Part shown: positions 62,601-64,000 of the stretch, piece by piece
How positions within the stretch are numbered: position 1 is the stretch's first letter
Layout: each line of letters opens with the position of its first letter
Assembly (NCBI RefSeq): GCF_030028105.1
Contig: NC_092377.1
Span: 3,973,079 to 4,037,078, forward strand
Direction of reading: 5' to 3'
Source: Mobula birostris
Lineage: Eukaryota
Length of the DNA: 64,000 nt
Translations under genes and position numbers: made by a program
The notes under the pieces: generated by a model
The model's input: the letters and a program-made list of their open reading frames with translations, nothing else
What the model was told of the DNA's origin: nothing
Database searches by the model: none

Positions 62601-63610
62601 AAGATTCAGTTGCTAGGTGTACATGGAGAGGTGGTAAATTGGATTGGACGTTGGCTCGATGGAAGAAACCAAAGAGTGGTAGTAGAGAATTGCTTCTCCG
62701 AGTGGAGGCCTGTGACTAGTGGTGTGCCACAGGGATCAGTGCTGGGTCCATTGTTATTTGTCATCTATATCAATGATCTGGATGATAATGTGGTAAATTG
62801 GATCAGCAAATTTGCTGATGATATGAAGACTGGAGGTGTAGTAGACAGTGAGGAGGGTTTTCAGAGCCTGCAGAGGGACTTGGACCAACTGGAAAAATGG
62901 GCTGAAAAATGGCAGATCTGAATACAGATACAAAATTCCCTGAAAGTGGCGTCACAGGTAGATAGGGTCGTAAAGAGAGCTTTTGGTACATTGGCCTTTA
63001 TAAATCAAAGTATTGAGTATAAGAGCTGGAATGTTATGATGAGGTTGTATAAGGCATTGGTGAGGCCAAATCTGGAGTATTGTGTTCAGTTTTGGTCACC
63101 AAATTACAGGAAGGATATAAATAAGGTTGAAAGAGTGCAGAGAAGGTTTACAAGGATGTTGCTGGGACTTGAGAAATTCAGTTACAGAGAAAGGTTGAAT
63201 AGGTTAGGACTTTATTCCCTGGAGCATAGAAGAATGAGGGGAGATTTGATAGAGGTATATAAAATTATGATGGGTATAGATAGAGTGAATGCAAGCAGGC
63301 TTTTTCCACTGAGGCAAGGGGAGAAAAAAAACCAGAGGACATGGGTTGAGGGTGAGGGGGGGAGGAAGTTTAAAGGGAACATTAGGAGGGGCTTCTTCAC
63401 ACAGTGGTGGGAGTATGGAATGAGCTGCCAGACGAGGTGGTAAATGCAGGTTCTTTTTTAACATTTAAGAATAAATTGGACAGATACATGGATGGGAGAT
63501 GTATGGAGGGATATGGTCCGTGTGCAGGTCAGTGGGACTAGGCAGAAAATGGTTCGGCACAGCCAAGAAGGACCAAAAGGCCTGTTTCTGTGCTGTAGTT
63601 TCTATGGTTT
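59640..63610 (+). mobile_element. Near-full-length CR1 LINE (5' UTR, ORF1 esterase-like, ORF2 APE + RT), disrupted
   Basis: ECSSCRMWE..CKKC and coiled coil (59789-60247); IGDLIVRG; YFNARSIAGK, GDFN, SSDH; FSKAFDKVPH, GVPQGSVLGPLL, FADD; in-frame stop at 62502-62504. Confidence 0.95.
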
Positions 63611-64000
63611 GTACGGTTAAAGTATTACATACACCCTTGGAGGTCGGCTGGGGCGGGGAGGTGGGGGAAAAGGGGTTGCAGGGGGGTGGGGGTGCTACCT
63701 TCCTAAAATGAGCTTTTGCAGGGTGGGATGTCTGCCCTTGGTAAGTTGAATAGGTTGGAATGGTTGCCAGTGTGATCTGTGCTGATCTCCAGAGACAGTG
63801 AGGGGATGGGATGCCACTGGGAGCCTTCACCACCTCCCTCCTCTTCAGACCCTGAAGTGTCCTGCTCCTTCTGCCCAGAACTCTATTTTCCTATTGATCT
63901 AGCACTGAGTTGTTACCCGCCATATGTTCTTCTGGCCTACAGGGAGCTAACAGACCCACCACACTGAGTGTCTCCTCTCAGTTGGTCTCTGGTTAGGGGT

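Noticed and set aside
1-64000. CRISPR arrays, rRNA, operons or other prokaryotic systems
   Set aside because: No regularly spaced repeat-spacer array and no rRNA-like sequence. Content is vertebrate LINEs/SINEs and spliceosomal exons.

Overview
This is not prokaryotic DNA. It is a retroelement-saturated vertebrate genomic segment, most likely from a cartilaginous fish (inferred from HE1/V-SINE-like SINEs and abundant CR1, L1, Rex/Babar and Penelope-like elements). Most ORFs in the supplied track are transposon fragments or antisense noise. Between the repeats, on the + strand, I read the exons of an apparently intact immune receptor gene. It has a germline-joined, antigen-receptor-like VJ Ig exon (15243-15587), an uncharged transmembrane exon (28324-28443), and short cytoplasmic exons encoding a YENV motif and a complete ITAM (YMAL-x7-YGHL). 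The ITAM is split by the phase-0 intron typical of CD3/CD79/FcR-gamma/DAP12 ITAMs. Linking the V exon to the TM/ITAM exons is inferred from strand and splice phase only, and I found no leader exon upstream of the V. On the - strand near 53.6-54.4 kb is a decayed Ig-light-chain-like V segment (octamer-like site, leader, intron, V remnant, RSS heptamer). Penelope-like ends carry minimal hammerhead ribozyme motifs, some in fold-back mini-elements. A truncated LTR retrotransposon shows Gmr1-like integrase-before-RT order. There are no CRISPR arrays, rRNA genes or true tRNA genes. Repeat boundaries were placed by eye and are approximate.
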